From contig NC_011979.1 of assembly GCF_000022265.1 (NCBI RefSeq), forward strand, positions 3,150,001 through 3,182,000: a stretch of DNA of 32,000 nt. Direction: 5' to 3'. Below the pieces are notes generated by a model. That model worked only from the letters and a program-made list of their open reading frames with translations. It ran no database searches and was not told where the DNA came from. A program made the position numbers and the translations under genes. Each line of letters opens with the position of its first letter. Positions within the stretch are counted from its first letter, which is position 1. Origin of the DNA: Geotalea daltonii FRC-32 (lineage in GTDB: Bacteria > Desulfobacterota > Desulfuromonadia > Geobacterales > Geobacteraceae). Of this stretch, positions 20,216-28,321 are shown in pieces.

Positions 20216-22123
20216 TTATGCCTTGTGAAAAATCTTCAGTACCCTGCCGATTAAGGCCGAGGCTTTATTGAAAAAACCTGAGCCATTAGCCACCTTTATC
20301 TCTTTCTGATATTCGCCATAACTGGAAAATGTTGCGCCCAGTTTCGAGGAAAGCTGATTTGTCGCACCCATATCATGCTCATCGCCTTCTCCTGCCCCGG
20401 CCATAATAAGTAATCCCTTGCCGTCAGAAGAGAAATTGCTGAGCACCCGGATCTCGTCATCTTTCAATCTGCTACCGGCTGTGGATTCACCGAAAATCAT
20501 CCAAATCTGGCTATAATCGGCAAGGTGTTTGTCGGTCAGATGGTGTGCTTGGCTGCGATCGATAACTTTAACGGTGAAGCCATGTTTCTGCAGGGCATTC
20601 TGTAGGGGTTCAAACTTGACTGTATCATTTCCGCCACGGCGCCAGCTACCATAGATGAGAATTGTTTTTTTCGAATTGATTCCGTCTTTTTCGAGCCATT
20701 GGGCAGCATTGGAAAAATAAATAAGGTTATCAAGCCGGGCGGCATCTTTAAGACGGTCCAGAGCAGCGTCGAAAATAATCCCTCCTTGTCCACCAATGGG
20801 ATCGCTGTCGGCAACGGCGATCGTCCTCCTGTCATTGACGTCCAGGATAACCCTCACATTGGGTCCCTTCTTTTCAATAACTGCCGACGGCCCACCCGAA
20901 AGATGCCCCACCCCTCTGAACAGTGCATTGCCAGTATCTACACCGGGCACAAAGACAAGAACCTTGGAACCATAAGCAATAAGAATCGTGCCGACGATAC
21001 AGACCACCAGGTACAGGACGAAGACGCGCTTTTTGAAAACGGACCAGAAGAGCGCCAAGGTGGGTATAGCTGTCACAGGCCCGCCGACAATGAAGGCTAG
21101 AGCAGCGCCGGAATCCAAAGTGCCATGGAGAGAGCTCTTGATGTGGGCAAGAATGCTGGAGGCGCTGATCTGGTGCAAGAAAAGCGGGACCGAGCCAAAA
21201 GTCACCCAGACTATGCTGAGGGGATCCTTGCTGCCAAAAAGCTGGTATATCCACTGGTAAGGCACATATCTTTCGACAATGGAACCGACTGCAACGCCCA
21301 CCAGAATGTATTTACCTACTGGCCAGCACATCTCCGCCGATTTTGCGAGGAAAATGAGGAATTTGTTGCTGGTCTTTACAGCCACCCTGTTGCCGAATTT
21401 CTCCCGGCAATTACAGCGTAGCCTCTCGTCAGGATAATCCTCATCGTGAAAATCGCCACGGACTATAGCCCCTTCAACGAAAAGCTCCTTGGTCTTGAAC
21501 CCCCTGTTCCGGAGCAGGTGGGCCACCAATCCGGCAAAGACCCCCATGGCATAGGCAGAAACCGTTCTTATGACTGTCCATTCCGGTCCAAGGTCGTTTA
21601 GGGTAAGGAGAAATGCAGAGGGACTCAGCAGTGGAGAGGTGACAAGTAGAGACATAACTGGAGCTAGCGGCAGCCCGGCAAAGAGCAGGCTGATAGCCGT
21701 GGTAAGGGTGCCGCAGGCGCAGAGGGGGGTGATGATGCCGATGAGAGAGGCAAGAAAGACACTGGCGATACCATAGCGTCGAAGAGAAGCCTGAAGCTTC
21801 ACAGCCACTTTATAGGTCCGCAGGTACCCCCCCAGAAGCAGACCGACAAGGAAGTAAGGCAATATATCCCAGAGCTCTGCCAGGATACCATGATTATTGG
21901 AAAAAAGGTCCAGCAACTCCCCCCAGAGGAGAAGTGGAAAAGCTTTATCAACAGAGTCACCAGCAGCCCAATGGCCGCTTGGACCGTATGTCCAGACATG
22001 CCAGACAATCAGGCTCAAGGATGCAGCTATCATCCACAACAATGTCCGATTGGCTGCTTTGGACGATGCCCCGTGAACCCCACACGCATCAGCTTTCTTC
22101 ATAAAAGTCAGGCCCAAGTTCAT
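20216..22123 (-). CDS. UPF0718/ArsP-type permease fused to an uncharacterised ~230-aa C-terminal soluble domain
   Basis: Roughly the first 400 residues are polytopic and carry the family-typical PLCACG Cys pair and a second half-repeat. The last ~230 aa (TILIYGSW..., IWMIFGEST..., GKGLLIMAGAGEG) alternate beta and alpha segments like a flavodoxin/GATase1-type fold. Confidence 0.7.
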   Translation of the reverse strand: MNLGLTFMKKADACGVHGASSKAANRTLLWMIAASLSLIVWHVWTYGPSGHWAAGDSVDKAFPLLLWGELLDLFSNNHGILAELWDILPYFLVGLLLGGYLRTYKVAVKLQASLRRYGIASVFLASLIGIITPLCACGTLTTAISLLFAGLPLAPVMSLLVTSPLLSPSAFLLTLNDLGPEWTVIRTVSAYAMGVFAGLVAHLLRNRGFKTKELFVEGAIVRGDFHDEDYPDERLRCNCREKFGNRVAVKTSNKFLIFLAKSAEMCWPVGKYILVGVAVGSIVERYVPYQWIYQLFGSKDPLSIVWVTFGSVPLFLHQISASSILAHIKSSLHGTLDSGAALAFIVGGPVTAIPTLALFWSVFKKRVFVLYLVVCIVGTILIAYGSKVLVFVPGVDTGNALFRGVGHLSGGPSAVIEKKGPNVRVILDVNDRRTIAVADSDPIGGQGGIIFDAALDRLKDAARLDNLIYFSNAAQWLEKDGINSKKTILIYGSWRRGGNDTVKFEPLQNALQKHGFTVKVIDRSQAHHLTDKHLADYSQIWMIFGESTAGSRLKDDEIRVLSNFSSDGKGLLIMAGAGEGDEHDMGATNQLSSKLGATFSSYGEYQKEIKVANGSGFFNKASALIGRVLKIFHKA

Positions 22124-22159
22124 TTCAGTATTCCGTTCTGAGTAAAAATAATCTCAGAT

Positions 22160-22188
22160 ATATAACCGGTTTTCTGCGCAGCAGTCAA
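22160..22188 (-). promoter_or_regulatory. candidate sigma-70 promoter for the permease gene
   Basis: On the minus strand: TTGACT (22188-22183), 17-nt spacer, TTATAT (22165-22160). About 35 nt upstream of ATG 22123. Confidence 0.3.
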
Positions 22189-22421
22189 CGCAAGAACTGA
22201 ATCAGGAGCATGAAAATAATTTTTATGATTAAATGCCCTTCATCAGTTATCCCGTTTGGGCATTTCGTCCTCTCTGTTATTTGTTCTATAGATTAAATTA
22301 GGTATGTCTTGGTATTTATTGCCACTGATAATAGATGGCGTGGTGCATGAAGATGCAGTGGACAACTCTAAAGGGAGGAAATAAGCTGCAGTTCTATAGA
22401 TGGGGGCACTGGCTCTGGATC

Positions 22422-22459
22422 GGGGGCAACAACTGGAGATGGACCAGGCTGTTGCCCCC
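22422..22459 (-). terminator. GC-rich extended hairpin 12 nt downstream of the M24 peptidase stop (no U-tract)
   Basis: GGGGGCAACA/TGTTGCCCCC outer stem plus inner CTGG/CCAG. No T-run follows on either strand, so it may be a stabiliser or a terminator. Confidence 0.3.
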
Positions 22460-22471
22460 ACGGCATTTGAA

Positions 22472-23641
22472 CTAAAGACTTATCATTTCGTCAGCCATGC
22501 CGGTGATCTTTATTCCCCCACCGCTACTCACAGCAAAAGTGTTCTCAATGCCGACCGCACCCAGCCCGGGCAAGACAAATTTGGGTTCTATGGCTATTGT
22601 CTGCCCAACCTGAAGTGGGACCTTGAATCCTTGAGCCAGCACTGGATACTCGTCCAGCTCCAGCCCGACACCGTGACCGACGAAACGCGCATTTTCACCA
22701 GGTGCCCCCATAAAGTTGCGGCCGAGGCCGGCATCTTCAGCCATGGATGCAGCAACAAGAAAAAGATCTTCACAGATCATTCCGGGCTTCAGATTTTCGA
22801 CGAGGTATTGCTGAATGGCAATTGCGGTGGCAAAGGCTTTTTCCAGCTCGGGCTTCGGTTGGCCAAAAACAAACATTCGCGTCATATCCACAATATAGCC
22901 GTTGAAAACAACTGTGTAATCAAGAAGAACCGGGCTGCCGGCGACAATCTTTTCCACAGAAGAACCTTGGGGAGAGGCGGCAGAAAGCCCGCGACCGCTT
23001 ACCGCACCGTCAAAAAAGCCCGGCTTGTCGGAGGTGGCACCGCTGACAGCCAGTCCGTGGAAGAGTTCCTGGTTGAAGGCACGCATTCTTACGTATCCTT
23101 CTCCCCCGGCTTTCCTGAGTCGGCACTCAAATTCCGCCGACAGGTCGAGCTCTCGCATGCCCTCCTTGAGGAATTCGGGCACCTGGGCAAACACACTGCA
23201 CAGGCAGTCGCCGCTATGGCGCATCTGTTCCAGCTCCCACTCTGACTTTACCGAACGAAGTTCCCGGTTTATTGGTGAAATATCCGTAAATTCGCGTCCA
23301 GGCAACATCTTTGAATAGTACTGATACTGCTGCACCGGTAAAATGTCAAAGGTGAAGCCTATTCTTTTGATCTGGGGACCGAACAGGTTGGGGAATTCCC
23401 TGCTTGACGGAAAAGGCCTGGTATCTTCGATGAGACTCTCGGTAGTAGCCCTGGCGTAGCTCTTGCGCACCAAGAGCATGGGATTACCTTCAGTGGGGAC
23501 CCAGAGGGTTGAATTCTGGCGGGTGCCGGTAAAGTAATAGACATCAATGGGATAGACGAACAGCGCTCCATCCAGTTCCATTTTATTCAACGCCTTCTGC
23601 AACCTGATGATCCGTTGTTCCGATTCCATCTTTATCAGCAT
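22472..23641 (-). CDS. M24-family Xaa-Pro peptidase (aminopeptidase P/prolidase-like)
   Basis: 389 aa. N-terminal creatinase/prolidase-type domain, then a pita-bread domain with metal-ligand blocks (LLDYTVVFNGYIVDMTR, HGVGLELDE, IEP...GIENTF). Confidence 0.85.
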   Translation of the reverse strand: MLIKMESEQRIIRLQKALNKMELDGALFVYPIDVYYFTGTRQNSTLWVPTEGNPMLLVRKSYARATTESLIEDTRPFPSSREFPNLFGPQIKRIGFTFDILPVQQYQYYSKMLPGREFTDISPINRELRSVKSEWELEQMRHSGDCLCSVFAQVPEFLKEGMRELDLSAEFECRLRKAGGEGYVRMRAFNQELFHGLAVSGATSDKPGFFDGAVSGRGLSAASPQGSSVEKIVAGSPVLLDYTVVFNGYIVDMTRMFVFGQPKPELEKAFATAIAIQQYLVENLKPGMICEDLFLVAASMAEDAGLGRNFMGAPGENARFVGHGVGLELDEYPVLAQGFKVPLQVGQTIAIEPKFVLPGLGAVGIENTFAVSSGGGIKITGMADEMISL

Positions 23642-23676
23642 GCTTTATTCCCCCCCGTTTTTAATCATTAGCCATA

Positions 23677-24723
23677 TCATATTATTGAATGATGCTCGAC
23701 CACGGCCTGATAGCTGCGGTGTGCTGCCAGATAACGGCCATCCTCTGCATAGGTGGTCGGATATACCTGTGGCACAGGCTGGTGATTCAACTTGTCATCC
23801 ACATTGACAAAGGTAAAGAGGCAGGAATTTGAAAGCGCGTTTGCAGTGCGGTCGCGGCTGATACGCTCGATGCCCGCCTCGACGCAGACGAAGCTGCCAT
23901 TTGTATAGACGACTCTAGAGGTAAAATGCAGCTTGTCCCCCATCCGTACCGGATGAAAAAAATTGATGCGGTTGACGGCGGCAATTATGGAACGGTTGGG
24001 CGCAACAAGCTCGGAACAGATGGCGGAAAGCTCATAGGCACGCCTGATCAGATACCCACCGAAAATCTTTTGCGGCACATTCTCTTGTTCGGGATACATG
24101 CGTTCCCAGGCATCTGTCACCAGCCGCCCAGCCAAATGCCCATAAAAGCCGGGATTTTCCTGGGCATCATGGAGCCGGGTAAGCATTTCATACTCTTTTC
24201 GGCTTGGTGGCTCGTGCAGGGCTGCCTGCTGTTGCTTGTACTCCTGCCTACGAGCGACAGCCTTGCCAAAACGTTCCTTTTCATAGCCATCAGCATAATC
24301 AAGGGGCGGCAAAGCAACGCTCACCGCGCCTTCTCCAATTCCGGAGCGGGCAACCATGGTGAAATAGCAGGAAGCGATATGATTCGCAGGTTCGCCAGGC
24401 TGTTCAACACGGATCCCCACCTCTATGGATGACTTGCCAACATGATTGATGCGGGCGTGGCAGACTATATCCCTGGTCACATCTGCTGGGCGGCGGACGA
24501 AGATATTGTCGATGGCAGCCGTCACCACCCTCGCCTCTGGATGAAAGCGATTCACGTACTTGAGGGAGGCTTCCTCTGCCACCTTGTCCAACACCTCAAG
24601 GAGAAGTCCAAAACGGAGGTTGCCAAGCAGCGGCTCGTCTACCACCATGAAACGGCGACGCAGCTTAAGGTCGCTTGAAAGCGGCAATGTTTGGTAGAAA
24701 GAGGTTTCAGCAGGTGTGGTCAT
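23677..24723 (-). CDS. acyl-CoA thioesterase, tandem hotdog-fold
   Basis: About 348 aa with two hotdog-like halves (…VVTAAIDNI.F..P..V…VG.SS.EV…; …IAAVNRINFFHPVRMGD.L.F…V.V). AGGAG SD lies 5 nt before ATG 24723 (MTTPAETS). Family call is from pattern only. Confidence 0.6.
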   Translation of the reverse strand: MTTPAETSFYQTLPLSSDLKLRRRFMVVDEPLLGNLRFGLLLEVLDKVAEEASLKYVNRFHPEARVVTAAIDNIFVRRPADVTRDIVCHARINHVGKSSIEVGIRVEQPGEPANHIASCYFTMVARSGIGEGAVSVALPPLDYADGYEKERFGKAVARRQEYKQQQAALHEPPSRKEYEMLTRLHDAQENPGFYGHLAGRLVTDAWERMYPEQENVPQKIFGGYLIRRAYELSAICSELVAPNRSIIAAVNRINFFHPVRMGDKLHFTSRVVYTNGSFVCVEAGIERISRDRTANALSNSCLFTFVNVDDKLNHQPVPQVYPTTYAEDGRYLAAHRSYQAVVEHHSII

Positions 24724-24807
24724 ATGGACTCCTGAATGGAATAATTCTACGATAGGCAAGGCAAAAGAGTGTCAGACAACCATAATATTTTTCATCTTTT
24801 CTGTGTG

Positions 24808-24837
24808 AACATATCGTCAGTTTCACGTGCCTGTCAA
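24808..24837 (-). promoter_or_regulatory. candidate sigma-70 promoter for the thioesterase gene
   Basis: Minus strand: TTGACA (24837-24832), 18-nt spacer, TATGTT (24813-24808). The leader would be about 75 nt. Confidence 0.3.
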
Positions 24838-24980
24838 GGATAAATAAAACATTTTTTTACTAAACAACATGAGGTTTTGCGAGGGAAAGTAAAAATAATT
24901 GAGACTGTAGAATTGCCGGATGGGCACCATCTAATAACTGCCAGATGATCACCTACCGAGGGCTGAACTATGTGACAGAT

Positions 24981-25011
24981 AAAAAAAGAGCCGGCATCAA
25001 GAGCCAGCTCT
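24981..25011 (-). terminator. rho-independent terminator after sppA
   Basis: Minus-strand RNA AGAGCUGGC-UCUUGAU-GCCGGCUCU followed by UUUUUUU. Begins 32 nt after the sppA stop. Confidence 0.6.
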
Positions 25012-25042
25012 TTCCATATCGGGAATACTTCCTATTCGTGTT

Positions 25043-25939
25043 TTAATATCCATAGTTGCCGTTCATCTCATAATTCACGGTCAGCCCTTTTTCCTGAACT
25101 GCAAAACTGCTTATCCTCTCCGCTGCCGATTCCACCAACAAATCGATAAATACCTTTTTTTTCTTCGGTGGGCGGATGATTTCAGGTTCTCCCTTGATTC
25201 CTCCCAGCCTGCCAGCCTCTTCCACCGCATCCTGCAGGGTTCCGAGCTGGTCAATCAGCTTGAGCGCCAGGGCCTGTTCACCAGAATAGATCCGACCATT
25301 GGCCAGGGACCGAACCTCTTCCACCGGCAGTTTCCTGCCTTCGGCAACGGCTTTTATAAACTGCCCATGGGTGCTATCAATAACACTTTGCAGCATCTCT
25401 TTTTCCTGGTCGGTCATGGTCCTGGCAGGTGAACCCACATCTTTGAACTTGCCGGTTTTCAAGGTGAAGGCCTTCATGCCGACCTTGTCCATCAGCCCCT
25501 CAATATTGGAAAACTTCATCAGTACACCGATGCTGCCGGTAATGGTTCCGGGATTGGCAAATATCTTCGTGGCGGGAACAGCAATGTAATAGCCCCCGGA
25601 AGCAGCAAGACTTCCCATGGAAACCACCACCTTCTTCTTCATGTTCAGTTTCTTTACCGCGTCATGAATTTCCTGGGAAGGACCGACCACACCGCCGGGA
25701 GAATCTATTCGAAGGACGACAGCCTTCACTTTTTCGTTTTTTCGTAAAGCCTGCAGCTGTTTTACCGTTTCCTGCGGGTCGAGAATGATTCCTTTGACCT
25801 CGACGAGACCGACTCCTTCGCCGTGTATCGCTTCTTCCGTATCGGAAAAAACACTCTTCATGACAGAGATCGTGAAAACGGAAAAAAGAACCGTCACGGC
25901 GACAACTATAAGAACAATAATAAGCCACTTGTTTTTCAT
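25043..25939 (-). CDS. sppA: signal peptide peptidase SppA, 36K type
   Basis: 298 aa. N-terminal TM anchor, then the ClpP/crotonase-like S49 domain with GSLAASGGYYIA (Ser nucleophile) and DSPGG. Confidence 0.9.
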   Translation of the reverse strand: MKNKWLIIVLIVVAVTVLFSVFTISVMKSVFSDTEEAIHGEGVGLVEVKGIILDPQETVKQLQALRKNEKVKAVVLRIDSPGGVVGPSQEIHDAVKKLNMKKKVVVSMGSLAASGGYYIAVPATKIFANPGTITGSIGVLMKFSNIEGLMDKVGMKAFTLKTGKFKDVGSPARTMTDQEKEMLQSVIDSTHGQFIKAVAEGRKLPVEEVRSLANGRIYSGEQALALKLIDQLGTLQDAVEEAGRLGGIKGEPEIIRPPKKKKVFIDLLVESAAERISSFAVQEKGLTVNYEMNGNYGY

Positions 25940-25990
25940 ATTTCTCCGAAAATTACCTTGCCATTGGGAGTGACTCTATCATAGGATCAA

Positions 25991-26497
25991 ATGGAAATAT
26001 CGGAACAGCAAAGAGTTGAATCGGTCATGAATATTTTAGTTCTCTCGGATACCCACGGCAATTATCCCTTGGCCATCAAAGCCCTCGACGCAGCAGGCCC
26101 AGTGGATCATATTGTCCATCTGGGAGACGGACTTGATGATGCGGTGATCATCGAGGATATTTCAGGGCTGCCCACCACCAAAGTCGTCGGTAACTGTGAC
26201 TTCAGCAGTTCAGCAGTCAAAGACGCTATCATAAGCCTTGCAGGCCAGAGCATCTTTATCACCCATGGCCACAGATACAGCGTCAAATCCGGATTGGATG
26301 GCCTTTACCGAAAGGCTTTGGATGGAGGTGCATCCGTTGTTCTCTTCGGGCACACTCATCTTCCTCTGATAGAGAATGTGCACGAGGTACTGTTTATAAA
26401 TCCCGGCTGCCTCAGTCAAAGTTGCCAGACCACCACCTATGCCATGCTCAGTATAATTTGCGGAAAGGTGACCGCAAGAATCGTCCCTGTTGCCTGA
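25991..26497 (+). CDS. YfcE/MJ0936-family metallophosphoesterase
   Basis: Motifs LSDTHGN, GDG, GNCD, HGH and GHTH in canonical order. An alternative start is ATG 26027 (MNILVLSDTHG). Confidence 0.85.
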   Translation: MEISEQQRVESVMNILVLSDTHGNYPLAIKALDAAGPVDHIVHLGDGLDDAVIIEDISGLPTTKVVGNCDFSSSAVKDAIISLAGQSIFITHGHRYSVKSGLDGLYRKALDGGASVVLFGHTHLPLIENVHEVLFINPGCLSQSCQTTTYAMLSIICGKVTARIVPVA

Positions 26498-26503
26498 GAA
26501 AGA

Positions 26504-26896
26504 TTAGCACCCACAACCGCAATTATGACAGACCTTGCGGTTATGGGCTTCCGGCGCAATGGTTTCAGGGGCAAATGCCACCCTATTCACGGCCCGCTTC
26601 AGATCTTCCATAAGATCAAGGTTGGGACTTTTGTCAATGATGTGCCCGACACATGTATTGCCGATATTGTCGGCAGGTGAGGATATTCTGACGGCGTTAA
26701 GCACATCCGCATAGCTGTTCACGTTAATGACCATCTCATTATTCTGAGCATGCTGTAATTTTATGCCGAATTTCTGCAGATCATCGGTCAACTCAATCAG
26801 GAACATTTGGAAATACGCACAGGAAGTATCTACCTTCCAGTCAGGTCTAATGTGATCCTGCCGGTAAAATGTAATCAATATATCTTTTCCTGCCAT
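26504..26896 (-). CDS. hypothetical protein, 130 aa, C-terminal CHNCGCGC cysteine tail
   Basis: GGTGAGG SD 8 nt before ATG 26896. No signal peptide. Six Cys, four of them in the last 8 residues. Last gene of the conduit operon. I recognise no family. Confidence 0.6.
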   Translation of the reverse strand: MAGKDILITFYRQDHIRPDWKVDTSCAYFQMFLIELTDDLQKFGIKLQHAQNNEMVINVNSYADVLNAVRISSPADNIGNTCVGHIIDKSPNLDLMEDLKRAVNRVAFAPETIAPEAHNRKVCHNCGCGC

Positions 26897-26928
26897 CTAC
26901 AAACCTCACCTTTTGTCGTTTTGTTGTT

Positions 26929-27312
26929 TCAGCTCGCCGCTTTCCTTTGCATGGAGCTGAAGATCATGTTCAGCACGTCTTTTTGCTTGGCTTCATACTT
27001 GTTAAGCACGGCAAGGCATGTCCCCATGGGAAAGTGCTCGTGAAGGTAATCAGCATCCCGGCCAGACAGGATGACAATCCTGTTTTTGTCGATTCCGGCA
27101 TCGGTAGCATATTTGAATATCTTGGCGCCATCCAGCATGGGCATTTCCAGGTCCACCAGCAACAGATCGATCTTTTGCTTCCTGATGGCATTCAAGGCTT
27201 TGACCGGACTGGTACAGGTTTCCACATCTAAAAGTGGATAGTAGGTTTTTATATAATTACCCAGAATATCCAGGAAAGTGGCGTCATCGTCAACTATCAA
27301 AATTTTACCCAT
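26929..27312 (-). CDS. stand-alone response-regulator receiver (CheY-like)
   Basis: MGKILIVDDD acidic pocket, phospho-acceptor in LLLVDLEMP, ILSG, and a later Lys. No output domain. ATG 27312 has an AGAGG SD. The ORF-track TTG 27336 is less likely. Confidence 0.85.
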   Translation of the reverse strand: MGKILIVDDDATFLDILGNYIKTYYPLLDVETCTSPVKALNAIRKQKIDLLLVDLEMPMLDGAKIFKYATDAGIDKNRIVILSGRDADYLHEHFPMGTCLAVLNKYEAKQKDVLNMIFSSMQRKAAS

Positions 27313-27343
27313 TAAAACCTCTGATCCCTTTTGCAACTTTCAA

Positions 27344-28321
27344 TTACTTTACAATCTTGGTCGAAATATTCAACACCTGGATAGGAACATTCAAGTCAAG
27401 CAACTTGGCAGCTTTCAAATTTATCACCAGATCTACTTTTTTCGGTGTCGCCACTGGAATCTGCCCCTGCTTCTTTCCCTGAAGGATAGCTGATACACAT
27501 TCTCCGGCCAGCTGTCCCTGTTCGTAGGTATTAATTTCCAATGTAACCAGAGCACCTTTGTCGGCGGCTTCAGGTACATGGGAAATCACTGGAATACCGT
27601 GATCCCTGGCCCTAAAAATGACTTTTTCCAGGCTGCGAGTCACCAGCGTGCTTTCGGCAGCATAGATAAAATCGACATCCGATGAGGTCAAGGTACCAAG
27701 TGCCGAATCCAGCATATTAGCCGAAGACACATTAAGCTCAACCACCGAAAAACCCATTTGTGCAGCTAGACGTCTTATCTCTTTCAGCTGGATTACGGAA
27801 CCGATTTCCCTTCCATTATACAGAATACCCAGCGATTTGATGTGTTTGATGTCATTGGCTGCTTTTATCAGGGTGATCATTGGAACTTTGGAACTGACAC
27901 CGGTGAGATTTCTGCCGGGAGCAGCCATGCTTCGTGTGACACCGGCTTCAACAGGCCCATAGACATCGACAAAGACAATGGGAATATTATCCACTTCCCG
28001 AATGGCTGCGAGGGTAACCGGCGCTCCATAGGTAATTATGATGTCGGAACCGATGCCGTTGAATTTCCTGATGGTGTTTGCCCAGGAAATGGGGTCAGGG
28101 TTTGGTGTCTGAACGACCAGTTCTACTTTACTCTGGTCAAGGCCCTTCAGTGCCAGAGTTTTCACTAAAGCCCGGTGGGACTCTTTGTAGCGTGTGATAT
28201 CGCTTGTCAGAACTGCCGCAACAAGCTTCCTGCCGGCATATGACGGTAAAACACATGTCAATGACAGTAAAAACAGTATCAGATAAAAACAGCTTCTCAC
28301 AGGCACTCTACCATTTGGCAC
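27344..28321 (-). CDS. periplasmic ABC_sub_bind (PF04392-type) substrate-binding protein
   Basis: Signal peptide (...LTCVLPSYA-GRK). Family-typical blocks: LTGVSS, IKSLGILYN, VDFIYAA, GIPV, GALVTLEI, LAGE...ILQGKK.GQIPV, DLVINLKAAK.L. The start codon is uncertain (GTG 28321, 28306 or 28300). Confidence 0.8.
   Translation of the reverse strand: MPNGRVPVRSCFYLILFLLSLTCVLPSYAGRKLVAAVLTSDITRYKESHRALVKTLALKGLDQSKVELVVQTPNPDPISWANTIRKFNGIGSDIIITYGAPVTLAAIREVDNIPIVFVDVYGPVEAGVTRSMAAPGRNLTGVSSKVPMITLIKAANDIKHIKSLGILYNGREIGSVIQLKEIRRLAAQMGFSVVELNVSSANMLDSALGTLTSSDVDFIYAAESTLVTRSLEKVIFRARDHGIPVISHVPEAADKGALVTLEINTYEQGQLAGECVSAILQGKKQGQIPVATPKKVDLVINLKAAKLLDLNVPIQVLNISTKIVK

Noticed and set aside
22243-22461. 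72-aa minus-strand ORF in the permease upstream region
   Set aside because: It has no SD and a low-complexity Ser/Ala/Cys-rich sequence, and it spans the peptidase terminator-like hairpin. The region is flagged as non-coding structure instead.
22400-23245. 281-aa plus-strand ORF with an AAGGGAGG-like sequence upstream
   Set aside because: It lies entirely antisense to the well-supported M24 peptidase gene. The SD-like motif is about 22 nt from the ATG. The translation is low-complexity with no recognisable motifs.
26504-26530. The CGCGC tail as a RiPP precursor core
   Set aside because: No radical-SAM enzyme, cyclodehydratase, protease or exporter lies nearby. At 130 aa with a structured-looking body, the protein is too long for a typical precursor peptide.
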